DNA from: Ferruginibacter sp.
GTDB lineage: Bacteria; Bacteroidota; Bacteroidia; Chitinophagales; Chitinophagaceae
Assembly: GCA_031408295.1 (NCBI GenBank)
Contig: JANNVW010000103.1
Location: 9,270-73,269 of the forward strand
Direction: 5' to 3'
DNA: 64,000 bases
In this document: positions 10,083-18,686 of the stretch, piece by piece
Layout of the letters: the number at the start of each line of letters is the position of its first letter
Numbering within the stretch: position 1 is the first letter of the stretch
The notes under the pieces: model-generated
The model's database searches: none
What the model saw: the letters and a program-made list of their open reading frames with translations, nothing else
Told to the model about the DNA's origin: nothing
Translations under genes and position numbers: made by a program

Positions 10083-10696
10083 TATCTTTCTATACGTTTA
10101 AGCCCTATGGTAAAATTAAATGTTTTGTGTTGTATGTCTATTGTATCTGGTATTCCATTTATGTAATTGTGCATGGTTGCTTCTACTACTGTTTTTCTTT
10201 TAGATGCCCTTTCCATTCGTATAAGGTTGTCGCCAGTACTATCTGTTATGTAAAAATTATAACCCTTCTGCTGCGGAAAAATATAATACATTAAACCATC
10301 TTTAGTTCGCACAGACACCTCTTTGTTTTCTAAATGTTCCATCAATATTAATTCAAAATCTTTCCTAAGCGTTTTTAAAACAGACTTTTTGTTCATTTGT
10401 TTTATAATGGAATACACTTTAAAATCGCCATTAGGTGCAAATTCAAAATCAAAAAACTTAAAACCTATTTCATTAGAAAAGACCATCCTTGTACTGCTAT
10501 CGGGCATTTTTTTTATAATCAGCAAACCACTCAGGTGATTACCCACAACATCTACTTTTGTGTTGTACAATGCTACTGTAAAGTTAGGTTTAAACTTTGC
10601 CAGCACCGCAGCATTGCCAGCACCAACCTGCATTTTTTTATAAGCAGGCGAGCAACTAATAATGAATAAGCAACTACTTAATAAAAAATAACGCAT
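10082..10696 (-). CDS. hypothetical lipoprotein (pigment-cluster associated)
   Basis: ATG at 10696 gives MRYFLLSSCLFIISC, a lipobox-like signal. The start could also be 10711. Confidence 0.5.
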   Translation of the reverse strand: MRYFLLSSCLFIISCSPAYKKMQVGAGNAAVLAKFKPNFTVALYNTKVDVVGNHLSGLLIIKKMPDSSTRMVFSNEIGFKFFDFEFAPNGDFKVYSIIKQMNKKSVLKTLRKDFELILMEHLENKEVSVRTKDGLMYYIFPQQKGYNFYITDSTGDNLIRMERASKRKTVVEATMHNYINGIPDTIDIQHKTFNFTIGLKRIER

Positions 10697-11309
10697 CGGC
10701 AATGGTAGCATTTAATTCTTTGTTGGTAAATCGTAAAATGGTATTGTCGCCAGATTGTTCTTGCATTTGAATGCTGGTAACAGAAAAGTCTTTTTTATCT
10801 ACCACTACATTTATTAACTTAAATAATTCTTTTAGCCCCTTTGTAACAGGTGTTAGTTCTACCAACGAAGTATTTTTATTTTCAAATACCCGTGTTTGAA
10901 AATTTGGGTTGTTAAGTGCTGTACCTTGCATACAGTCTATCATTATTTGATTAATCTGTTTGAACATTTTATTGGACTTTGTAGAAACTTTATTTTCTTT
11001 TTGTCCATCTTTTACAAAAACTTTATCCTTATTCAATATCATCAAATACAAAAATGGCTGTGTGTACTCCATACGCACTTGGCTTTCTTTTTTATACCAA
11101 AACTTACCTTTAGATACAATTTTTTCTGAAAGCATACTCAGGTTTTTTTCCTGCGTAAAATCACTTTTTATGGAAGTCGTTTTTTGTGTAGCAGCTGCAA
11201 AAGCGAGCTTAAATTTAGCAAAATCTGCAATGGCTGTATAGCCTGCATATTGTGCATTTGATGTAGCTGCAGTAGCAACTATTATTAGTATTAAAAATAT
11301 TTTACGCAT
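10674..11309 (-). CDS. LolA-like outer-membrane lipoprotein carrier family protein
   Basis: Signal peptide MRKIFLILIIVATAATSNAQ, about 210 aa. Position and size match the LolA-like genes of aryl-polyene/flexirubin clusters. Confidence 0.55.
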   Translation of the reverse strand: MRKIFLILIIVATAATSNAQYAGYTAIADFAKFKLAFAAATQKTTSIKSDFTQEKNLSMLSEKIVSKGKFWYKKESQVRMEYTQPFLYLMILNKDKVFVKDGQKENKVSTKSNKMFKQINQIMIDCMQGTALNNPNFQTRVFENKNTSLVELTPVTKGLKELFKLINVVVDKKDFSVTSIQMQEQSGDNTILRFTNKELNATIADALFFIK

Positions 11310-12075
11310 AAGGGGACAAATGTAATAATTTATCTAATGGGATAATGGTATAGCCCCTATTTTTAACTTCTTGTATAAAAGTTGTAAGGCTGTCTACTGT
11401 GGTTTTGCTGGTGTCATGAAAAAGAAATACAGCGCCAGGTTTTATTCCTCTATTAATTTTTTGCAACAATTTATTTTCGTCTTTTATTACCGTATCCATA
11501 GAGCGTACACTCCAGCCTATGGGTATGTAGCCACCATTTACAATAGATTTTTTTACATTAGGATTGGTAACACCATAAGGAGGCCTAAACAACTTCGGTT
11601 TTATGCCCAACACTTTCTCCATCTCGTTATCCATCATTTTTAAATCAGCAAGCATTTTTTTAGGGGGTAACATATCAAACCAAAAACTGTGAGAATAGCT
11701 GTGGTTGCCTATAATATGCCCATCAGCTTTTATTTGTTTCAAAATTTCTTCATTGCCTGCAATGCGATTGCCAATGCAAAAAAAAGTAGCAGGTACGTTT
11801 TGTTGTTTTAATAAACTTAAAATTTCTGCTGTGTGTTCTATAGCTGGGCCATCATCAAAACTTATGGCTATTTCTTTTTTATCTGTTTTAGCAGAACAAA
11901 CAATGGGTATAAAAAAATTAGAGCCTACAAAATAACAACCATAAAAAACGATTAAAGAATACACAATAAATGCCAATGCATAAAAATAAAATGGCAAGCC
12001 ATATTTAATATTTATCAAAACTAGCAATGCTGCCAAACAAACAAAAGCAATATTTGTATTTTTAAAATTTAGCAT
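11302..12075 (-). CDS. polysaccharide deacetylase (NodB homology domain) family protein
   Basis: Two N-terminal TM helices, then NodB motifs FDDGP and HSYSH, and RPPYG. Confidence 0.8.
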   Translation of the reverse strand: MLNFKNTNIAFVCLAALLVLINIKYGLPFYFYALAFIVYSLIVFYGCYFVGSNFFIPIVCSAKTDKKEIAISFDDGPAIEHTAEILSLLKQQNVPATFFCIGNRIAGNEEILKQIKADGHIIGNHSYSHSFWFDMLPPKKMLADLKMMDNEMEKVLGIKPKLFRPPYGVTNPNVKKSIVNGGYIPIGWSVRSMDTVIKDENKLLQKINRGIKPGAVFLFHDTSKTTVDSLTTFIQEVKNRGYTIIPLDKLLHLSPYA

Positions 12076-13127
12076 GCTGATATCAATAGCAAAGAGTGGT
12101 GAATATTTTGATAATGATTGTATATTAAAATCTTATTTATTTTTTTTTGTATTTTAATATTTGCTTGTACAGTTGCTGGTATTGTGTTGTACCTTATTAT
12201 ATTTGCACCCAACCATAGTGCAAATGCTGTAGATGTGGGATACTCCCCACACAAGTTTTTATAATTAGCTGTATTACTATTGGTAAAAGTATGCTGAGTT
12301 AGTTCATCATATATTTTATCTCCTGCGGCATCTCCATTCTTTCCCACAATAATCAAATCAATATCATTAACGCTTAGGGCATGCAAAACCAAAAACTTTT
12401 CAACCTGTTCAGTAATATCTGCCATATTATTAGGCTTATAAAAAGTATGCAAGCCATCTAGTTTTGCATAATCATTTTCAGAATGCTCATTTGCCAATAA
12501 AAAAAATGCGGCACCTTCACCAGCAATTGTTCCCTTAGCGTTAGTTTTATATAATTCGTTGTTGGCTATTGGGGTTTGTTTGTAAAGCCCCATTCTATTT
12601 AAAATAGTGTGGCTCACATTTGTAATTTCATCTATGGCACCAACCAATACATTTTGCACTTCATTTTCTTTTAACAGCATCATACCATCTAGCAAGGCAC
12701 TTTCAAAAGAAAAGCCACGGTGTACAAAGGCATTGTTATAATTATTGCATTGCAACATCAACCCTATTTGTGCGCCAATGGTATTATGGGTAGATTGTAT
12801 GAATGCTGTAGGGGTGAGCGTTTCCTCATTATACTCTACCATTTTTGTTATAAAAGAAACGGTATCTTCTAAGCAGCCATAAGCAGTGCCCGTAACAATG
12901 GCATCTGGTTTAGTAACCTCAGCTTCTTGCAAACATTCCATAGCTGCAGCCACACCCATTTTTATAATGCGGCTCATGCGGCGTATTAATTTTGCATCTA
13001 TAAAATCTTTGTAATCGGGTTCTATGCATGCAAGTCTGTTACCAGTATATGATACAACTTCCTCAAGAAAAGCTTGATGACCAAAACTGTTTTGAGGTGA
13101 TATATTTCCCGTAGCTCTTATGTACAT
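12069..13127 (-). CDS. KS-related protein lacking the catalytic Cys (chain-length-factor-like)
   Basis: Paralog of 3887-4924. ATG at 13125-13127 sits 6 nt downstream of a relic KS stop codon (13134-13136). Confidence 0.7.
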   Translation of the reverse strand: MYIRATGNISPQNSFGHQAFLEEVVSYTGNRLACIEPDYKDFIDAKLIRRMSRIIKMGVAAAMECLQEAEVTKPDAIVTGTAYGCLEDTVSFITKMVEYNEETLTPTAFIQSTHNTIGAQIGLMLQCNNYNNAFVHRGFSFESALLDGMMLLKENEVQNVLVGAIDEITNVSHTILNRMGLYKQTPIANNELYKTNAKGTIAGEGAAFFLLANEHSENDYAKLDGLHTFYKPNNMADITEQVEKFLVLHALSVNDIDLIIVGKNGDAAGDKIYDELTQHTFTNSNTANYKNLCGEYPTSTAFALWLGANIIRYNTIPATVQANIKIQKKINKILIYNHYQNIHHSLLLISAC

Positions 13128-13131
13128 AGTA

Positions 13132-13187
13132 ACTTATACTTTTGAAAAAATAAGTGATGAGCAATTTCCACCAAAACCAAATGAGTT
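13132..13187. repeat. 56-bp direct repeat, left copy (relic 3' end of a KS gene)
   Basis: 55/56 identical to 18631-18686 (single A/G difference at 13170 vs 18669). The reverse complement encodes NSFGFGGNCSSLIFSKV*. Confidence 0.9.
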
Positions 13188-13579
13188 ATTCTATTACTGA
13201 TAATGCGATAGCAACTGTAACGAATATTTTCATTATTACTAAGTATCGTTTTATAATGTGTAATTTTGGCTAGAACATTCCTCGAATAAATTCTCTCGAA
13301 TCCTCAAATTCGATTTTTAAAAACTGCAACTGTAGTTTCATTCGAAGGTACTATAATATTTTTCTAATTATTTTATGGAGAGGCTAAAAAAATTATTAAG
13401 CCAGGTTTTTATAATAAAGACAGCATTACAACGATGTGTGATTGAGGCTTATTCAAAAAGGGAGTAAAAAGTAGTCCAATGAATTAAAAGTTACAATATT
13501 TTTCAAATTATTTGTAAATGTCGATTTAGTGCCAAAGTGAGCGTAGTGTAAGAATATTTTAAAAAAAATCTTGCAACTG

Positions 13580-14029
13580 CTACAATCCCTCAACATTAAG
13601 ATGCTGAATAATACAATTGCCTAAAAAAATTGCTTTAGTGTTATTCCACTCAGTACCGAAATCCAAAATACCTCCTTTTTTTAAGTATGCCTTTGGTACT
13701 AATTTGGGTGTAACAAATTTAATAATAATGGCAGGGTTTTTTTTGCCTTGTAAATTACCTAATGTCACTTTAGTTATAGTATTAAAATATAAAACAATTT
13801 CCTTCACTTTTAATGTATCAGGTCTATTAGGTAAAGGAGGTTCCATTAAATAACCTTTAACACTTAATTTTAATCGAGCTAGTAGAAAATTTAGCTTTTT
13901 TCCAGCATACTCTGTTTTTTTTGCTTCGATACTATCTCTTAAATATGCTAATGTGTCTGTAATTACTGTCTGAGCAAATACATTGTTTGCACAAAAAACG
14001 ATTGAGATGCAGATGATTATTTTTTTCAT
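13580..14029 (-). CDS. small secreted hypothetical protein
   Basis: ATG at 14029 gives signal peptide MKKIIICISIVFCANNVFAQ. It is the last gene of the island operon. Confidence 0.5.
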   Translation of the reverse strand: MKKIIICISIVFCANNVFAQTVITDTLAYLRDSIEAKKTEYAGKKLNFLLARLKLSVKGYLMEPPLPNRPDTLKVKEIVLYFNTITKVTLGNLQGKKNPAIIIKFVTPKLVPKAYLKKGGILDFGTEWNNTKAIFLGNCIIQHLNVEGL

Positions 14030-14034
14030 AATTT

Positions 14035-14631
14035 TTATTGTTCGCAAATAGTTATTACTATTTCTATTGCTGTACCAGATGAATCATAAATAATTTTATA
14101 GTTCAATTCTTTAAACTGTCCATTCATTCGTTTATAATATTTTACACCAGCATTTAGGTTAGCACCTGTAAATAAAACATTCGCAAAAGCTTCTATGTCT
14201 TCTCTTGGGTAATGCTTAATTTCAAAAAAATACTTTACCCATCCTAACCATGTTAGATATAAAGATACACCATTTGAAAATTTAAAGGTCTTACTCCAGT
14301 TATTATTGAATGGAGGTGCTTGCACAGCACTATCTCTAGGAATGACAGTAGATAAATGATTAGCTTTGGCGGTATCGTCTACCATAATAGCCCACTCAGT
14401 GCTGTCGTGTGCAAAAACATAATCTGCACTAAAATTTGGATTTGCTGCTAGCCCATCTATTAAATGATAAATATCTAGTGGGCTAGGAGCGTTAGCAGCT
14501 CCAGTACTGTCGGTAGAACCTTTATTATGAGTGTGAATGCAGAATCGAATATTTTGGCCCGGATAGCTGGTTAAAATGAATTCCAAGTAATATACAAAAC
14601 CATCTATTATTGAGTAGATGATTTTAAACAT
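14035..14631 (-). CDS. hypothetical protein with JAB/MPN-like HxH...SxxD motif; paralog of the C-terminal domain of 15084-16580
   Basis: IHTHN...APSPLDIY motif with an upstream Glu (YYLEF). Collinear similarity to residues ~315-498 of the neighbouring protein (AIMVDDTAKA/AIVVTDTSAA; HYP...GVK...NGxFKEL). No signal peptide. Confidence 0.45.
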   Translation of the reverse strand: MFKIIYSIIDGFVYYLEFILTSYPGQNIRFCIHTHNKGSTDSTGAANAPSPLDIYHLIDGLAANPNFSADYVFAHDSTEWAIMVDDTAKANHLSTVIPRDSAVQAPPFNNNWSKTFKFSNGVSLYLTWLGWVKYFFEIKHYPREDIEAFANVLFTGANLNAGVKYYKRMNGQFKELNYKIIYDSSGTAIEIVITICEQ

Positions 14632-14658
14632 AATATTGAAATATAATGTATAAAAAAG

Positions 14659-15072
14659 CTAATACTTTTTTATATTCGTTACAATTTGAGTACCTAGTTC
14701 TAATTTCATTTTATTATCCCATGCTTGATATTTTAGTCTATAATACTCTGGTACGCTAACAACATATTTGTTTACTATTTCAATTTCAAAACCTCTTGTT
14801 GGTATTCCAATAAAATTTGGTAACGTTATGTAAAATCTTTTATAAAATGAAGTGCCATATCTTTTTCTACCCAAGTGATCAGGGGTACTAAAATTTATTG
14901 GCAAATTAATATCATTAATTAATTTTGATAGAGGGAAATTAATATAATTAGCTCTCAAATTATAGAGGCTATCAACTTTTTTCCTATTTATAGAATCTAT
15001 TTGACTAAGCGTTTGGGCTTGTATGCTACTACTAATTATAGCGAAAATTATTATACTATATATATATTTCAT
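14659..15072 (-). CDS. small secreted hypothetical protein
   Basis: Signal peptide MKYIYSIIIFAIISSSIQAQ. Very AT-rich. Confidence 0.5.
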   Translation of the reverse strand: MKYIYSIIIFAIISSSIQAQTLSQIDSINRKKVDSLYNLRANYINFPLSKLINDINLPINFSTPDHLGRKRYGTSFYKRFYITLPNFIGIPTRGFEIEIVNKYVVSVPEYYRLKYQAWDNKMKLELGTQIVTNIKKY

Positions 15073-15083
15073 TTAATATTTTT

Positions 15084-16580
15084 TTATAAACAAATTTTAA
15101 TTTTTAAATCTTGCAAAACATTATTAGTATCCCTTATTATTAAGGGTGAAAGTTCTTTAAATATACCATTTATTTTAATCATTATTTTTACACCCATATT
15201 GTATCGCTGTATCATATAGACTTGAGCATAAGTACGTAATAATATTTCTGGGTAATGGTTTAATCTTAATTTATTAAACGCATTTTCAAATTCTTTTTCC
15301 ATACTCAATGAATCCTGTCCAAAGATACCATAAAAATTTCCCCAAGTTGGGTTTACGGGTCGCCTTAAAGTGTCGCCAGTGGTAGGATTTATAATTATAG
15401 CAGTATCGCTATAATATATGGCAGAGTCTTTTGGATATAGGTTGTTAAAAAGTAGCGCTGCGGAGGTATCTGTAACTACAATAGCCAAATCTGTACCAGC
15501 TAGAGCACTCACAATAAATGACCGATATAGTTTTTTATTTACTAGTAACCTTGCTAAAGTAAGTGTGTATATATCACCATTGTCAGGTTGTGGATCTCCA
15601 TAGTCGTTGTGGGTATGCGCAAAGGCTACAATATTTTTATGATTGGGGCCTGTGCTGGTATCAAAAATGGTAATTTGGGAGGATATAAGTGTACTATTTA
15701 AAGCTGTATCTTTAAATACCTTATAGTGACCAGCACTATCAAAAGTAGAAATTGCATGTTCTACACCGTCATGCACTCCATTTCTTAGCACAATCATTCT
15801 TGGCTGAGTGTTTAAACTATCTATTATTTGTGTTGTTTTATTGCTATTTGCTATGGCTATTGTATCACATATAACAGGTTTTGGCTTCACAGTATCGCAA
15901 GGGACAATAAGAGTATTACCCCCTGCACAGGCATGGCATCCATCCGCATAAGCAGTACCACCTAGTACATTATTACAATCTCTTGTGCAGGGTAATTTAC
16001 CAGTAGTTCCGCCCACACATATATTGCAACTATCCAAATATGCGGCTCCACCTAAAACTCCAGCACAATCTGGTGGCGGTGGCACATAACAAGGCAATAA
16101 GCCTGTAGTACCTCCAACGCAAGTACTGCACTGGTCATAAAAAGCATTGCCACCCATTACTCCAGCACAATCTTCAAAATTTGGGTCTGGTAAATCATCG
16201 GGTAAATTAATTGGCCAATTGGGATGAAAATTACCTCCTCCAGTTGAGTTACCATAATGAGTAGCTCCGCTTGGTGGGTTTAAAGCATTCGCACCTGTTA
16301 GCATACTATATAACAATGCTTGATTTATCCCCCCACTTTCAGGTCCACCACCTCCCCCTTGCCCCATGGCATTGATAGTATCTTGAATAAAACCACCTAC
16401 AGCTTTTATAACTCTGGCTAACCATTCCCACAAAGATTCTCTTTCGGCACAAACTCCAGGATCTGTATAACACTCTGTTTGTGCATATACGTTTTGGCTA
16501 GTCTCTATCACTAAATTGCCACTTTTAAAAGTTGGCACTAATCCAATAAAAAATACGAGTAATAAAAATATTTTCTTCAT
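15084..16580 (-). CDS. secreted multidomain protein: Gly-rich linker, three Cys-rich repeats, C-terminal JAB/MPN-like domain
   Basis: Signal peptide. Repeats CAGVMGGNAFYDQCSTCVGGTTGLLPC / CAGVLGGAAYLDSCNICVGGTTGKLPC / CNNVLGGTAYADGCHACAGGNTLIVPC (15897-16172). Motif AFAHTHNDYGDPQPDNGDIY around 15586-15620. Confidence 0.5.
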   Translation of the reverse strand: MKKIFLLLVFFIGLVPTFKSGNLVIETSQNVYAQTECYTDPGVCAERESLWEWLARVIKAVGGFIQDTINAMGQGGGGGPESGGINQALLYSMLTGANALNPPSGATHYGNSTGGGNFHPNWPINLPDDLPDPNFEDCAGVMGGNAFYDQCSTCVGGTTGLLPCYVPPPPDCAGVLGGAAYLDSCNICVGGTTGKLPCTRDCNNVLGGTAYADGCHACAGGNTLIVPCDTVKPKPVICDTIAIANSNKTTQIIDSLNTQPRMIVLRNGVHDGVEHAISTFDSAGHYKVFKDTALNSTLISSQITIFDTSTGPNHKNIVAFAHTHNDYGDPQPDNGDIYTLTLARLLVNKKLYRSFIVSALAGTDLAIVVTDTSAALLFNNLYPKDSAIYYSDTAIIINPTTGDTLRRPVNPTWGNFYGIFGQDSLSMEKEFENAFNKLRLNHYPEILLRTYAQVYMIQRYNMGVKIMIKINGIFKELSPLIIRDTNNVLQDLKIKICL

Positions 16581-16599
16581 GTTGCTCTTTTATAGCAGA

Positions 16600-18072
16600 T
16601 TATAGTTTAATTACTTTTAGAGTTTTATGTTGATTGCCAGACTTTAGATCAACAATGTATATGCCAGCATTTAAATTTTGATTTACTTTAAGCGGCAAAG
16701 TATAAAAGCCAGTTTCCGACAATGTGCTTGTATTTGTGTAAACTGTTTTACCTTCTGTAGTCCTTAGAGATGTAATAATTTTTGCAGGTTGCTTTAGTTC
16801 AAAATCTATTGTAATAATATTTGTAAAAGGGTTTGGATAAGCTTTTAATGTATTGGGTACAAAAATACTTCCATCGTCTTTTGTTATATCTACCCATTCG
16901 TTTCTATCGGCAATCTTTTTATACTTTACAAGGCTTAAATATTGAGGTTTGTATGGCTCTTTTAGTTCTGGCAAATACATTTGTATATTGCCTACAATAT
17001 AAATACTATCATTGAGTTTTGTCTGTTGCAATTTTGCGCTTTCAAACTGCATAAGCACTGGGCTATTATAACTATAATGCGTTTTTTGATAATATGCTGT
17101 TTTTGTAAAAACAATAGAATGGGGTGTTATGGTAGCTTGAAATGGAATTGCTAAAGTGTCAGATTGTATCCAAACACCGGAAAGTATTCCGTTTTTATGC
17201 AAAATTGTTAATTCAATTGCAGTCGAATCTATTATATTTTTACCACTCCAATCGTAAGTAATAATGTAACCTTTGTAAATCCCTTCAATTTCTGTTTCAG
17301 ATAACTTATGTTCAATCTTTTGATAGGTATTTAAATTAGATTTACTCGTATATGCAGGTGGTTGAATTGCTTTTGCAGTAGAACTAGGTTCATTATTTTC
17401 TCCGTTGTCATTTATTGTTCTCAACTCTTGCTTGGCAGAAAAATCTCCTCTTTGGCTAGCTTGTTTCAACCAATATTTTGCGCTATCTATATTTTTTGCT
17501 ACTCCATAGCCATTACGTAATGCAATACCTAAAAAGTACATACTTTTCCTATTATCGCCTCTGGTTGCTTTAGCTTCTTTTGCAAATAAGCTCACTGCTT
17601 GTTTATAATCTTGTTTGCAACCTAGTCCTTTGAATAACATATAGGCTTGGTTATACTCACACAAGGCATTGCCAGCTAATGTGCCAATGGCAAAATATTG
17701 AAAAGATTTAAAAAAATCTTGTTCACTTTTGCTAGTATTTTTGTACAGCATTCCCAAATGAAACCAAGCATTTGTATTACCCTCTTTAGCAGCTTTTAAA
17801 AACCAAATAGTAGCCTTTGTAATATTTTTGGTTGTGCCCTTGCCGTCTCTATACATTAAGCCTACCATCTGCATAGCTTGGTGTTTACCAAGTTTTGCGC
17901 ATTCTAAATAAAGCTTAAATGCCTCCTCCTCATTATACGACCCATTTTTATTGCTTAAATATTTTTGGGCAGCATACATTTTAGTATTAATAATAGAGTC
18001 AATAGCACTTATTTGTTGAGCACTCAATGAAGGTGAGAACAGTAGTAAAAAAGAAATAAAGGCTATTTTCAT
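16600..18072 (-). CDS. Sel1-like repeat protein with T9SS C-terminal sorting domain
   Basis: Signal peptide. SLR repeats (e.g. AFKLYLECAKLGKHQAMQMVGLMYRDGKGTTKNITKATIWFLKAAKEGN). C-terminal ~80 aa KAYPNPFTNIITIDFEL...GIYIVDLKSGNQHKTLKVIKL fit the Por_Secre_tail pattern. Confidence 0.75.
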   Translation of the reverse strand: MKIAFISFLLLFSPSLSAQQISAIDSIINTKMYAAQKYLSNKNGSYNEEEAFKLYLECAKLGKHQAMQMVGLMYRDGKGTTKNITKATIWFLKAAKEGNTNAWFHLGMLYKNTSKSEQDFFKSFQYFAIGTLAGNALCEYNQAYMLFKGLGCKQDYKQAVSLFAKEAKATRGDNRKSMYFLGIALRNGYGVAKNIDSAKYWLKQASQRGDFSAKQELRTINDNGENNEPSSTAKAIQPPAYTSKSNLNTYQKIEHKLSETEIEGIYKGYIITYDWSGKNIIDSTAIELTILHKNGILSGVWIQSDTLAIPFQATITPHSIVFTKTAYYQKTHYSYNSPVLMQFESAKLQQTKLNDSIYIVGNIQMYLPELKEPYKPQYLSLVKYKKIADRNEWVDITKDDGSIFVPNTLKAYPNPFTNIITIDFELKQPAKIITSLRTTEGKTVYTNTSTLSETGFYTLPLKVNQNLNAGIYIVDLKSGNQHKTLKVIKL

Positions 18073-18168
18073 AATTTGTAATTATATATTTACCAATAGT
18101 AATACTTATTTTTATGTGTGGTAACATTTACAACACATTTTTTATGGGTTTTTTGTACATTATTTATG

Positions 18169-18176
18169 ATACATTT
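18169..18176 (+). promoter_or_regulatory. candidate Bacteroidota -7 box (TAnnTTTG)
   Basis: TACATTTG lies 16 nt upstream of the ATG at 18192. Confidence 0.3.
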
Positions 18177-18191
18177 GAAAAAAATATAACA

Positions 18192-18593
18192 ATGCACTAT
18201 CCAAAAATTGAGTTTTTGAGAAGAGTTAAAGGATTTACTCAACAGAAAATGTCCATTGAGTTAGAAATGGATCAAGCAGAATACCAAAGAGTAGAAAGTG
18301 GGCAAAGAAACAACATCGAAGATTCACTGCTATCAAGAATTGCTTTGGTATTGGGTACTACTAAGGAAGAATTAGCTAGCCCACAGCCTTATATTTTTTA
18401 TGTGAATAATAGTGATACTGCATCTAAGAATAATGCACCTTTTGGAAACCAAGAATTTCATAACGACAACGCAGAACTTATGAAAATTTTAAAAACCAAT
18501 ATGGAACAGCTAAATAGGCTAATAGAAAATAACCAGCGATTAATAGAAGCAAATTTGGAATTGATTTCTAAATTCACAAATGTGGCTAAATGA
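18192..18593 (+). CDS. XRE-family helix-turn-helix transcriptional regulator
   Basis: LRRVKGFTQQKMSIELEMDQAEYQRVESGQRN is an HTH_3-type motif. Divergent from the island operon. The track ORF start at 18114 is less likely. Confidence 0.7.
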   Translation: MHYPKIEFLRRVKGFTQQKMSIELEMDQAEYQRVESGQRNNIEDSLLSRIALVLGTTKEELASPQPYIFYVNNSDTASKNNAPFGNQEFHNDNAELMKILKTNMEQLNRLIENNQRLIEANLELISKFTNVAK

Positions 18594-18630
18594 TTAAATA
18601 TTGGTTTGAGAAATAAGTAATTTGTAAGTT

Positions 18631-18686
18631 ACTTATACTTTTGAAAAAATAAGTGATGAGCAATTTCCGCCAAAACCAAATGAGTT
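18631..18686. repeat. 56-bp direct repeat, right copy (functional 3' end of the KS gene)
   Basis: See 13132-13187. Confidence 0.9.

Larger units (their letters stand above)
13132..18686. mobile_element. putative integrated island (~5.4 kb) bounded by 56-bp direct repeats; no recombinase gene seen
   Basis: The direct repeats flank 13188-18630. The insert separates a KS gene from its cognate CLF gene, which are adjacent in the mirrored module at 2662-4924. The insert looks more AT-rich in hand-counted samples: 23% GC at 14941-15000 vs 43% at 19141-19200. Confidence 0.55.

Noticed and set aside
9676-10101. 141-aa plus-strand ORF
   Set aside because: Antisense shadow of the FabZ-like dehydratase (HFPGQPVVPG motif on the minus strand).
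13188-13579. ~390-bp non-coding end of the island, examined for an integrase remnant, tRNA or small RNA
   Set aside because: No ORF, no tRNA-like T-arm (GGTTCGAnnCC) and only weak short hairpins. Nothing supportable by eye.
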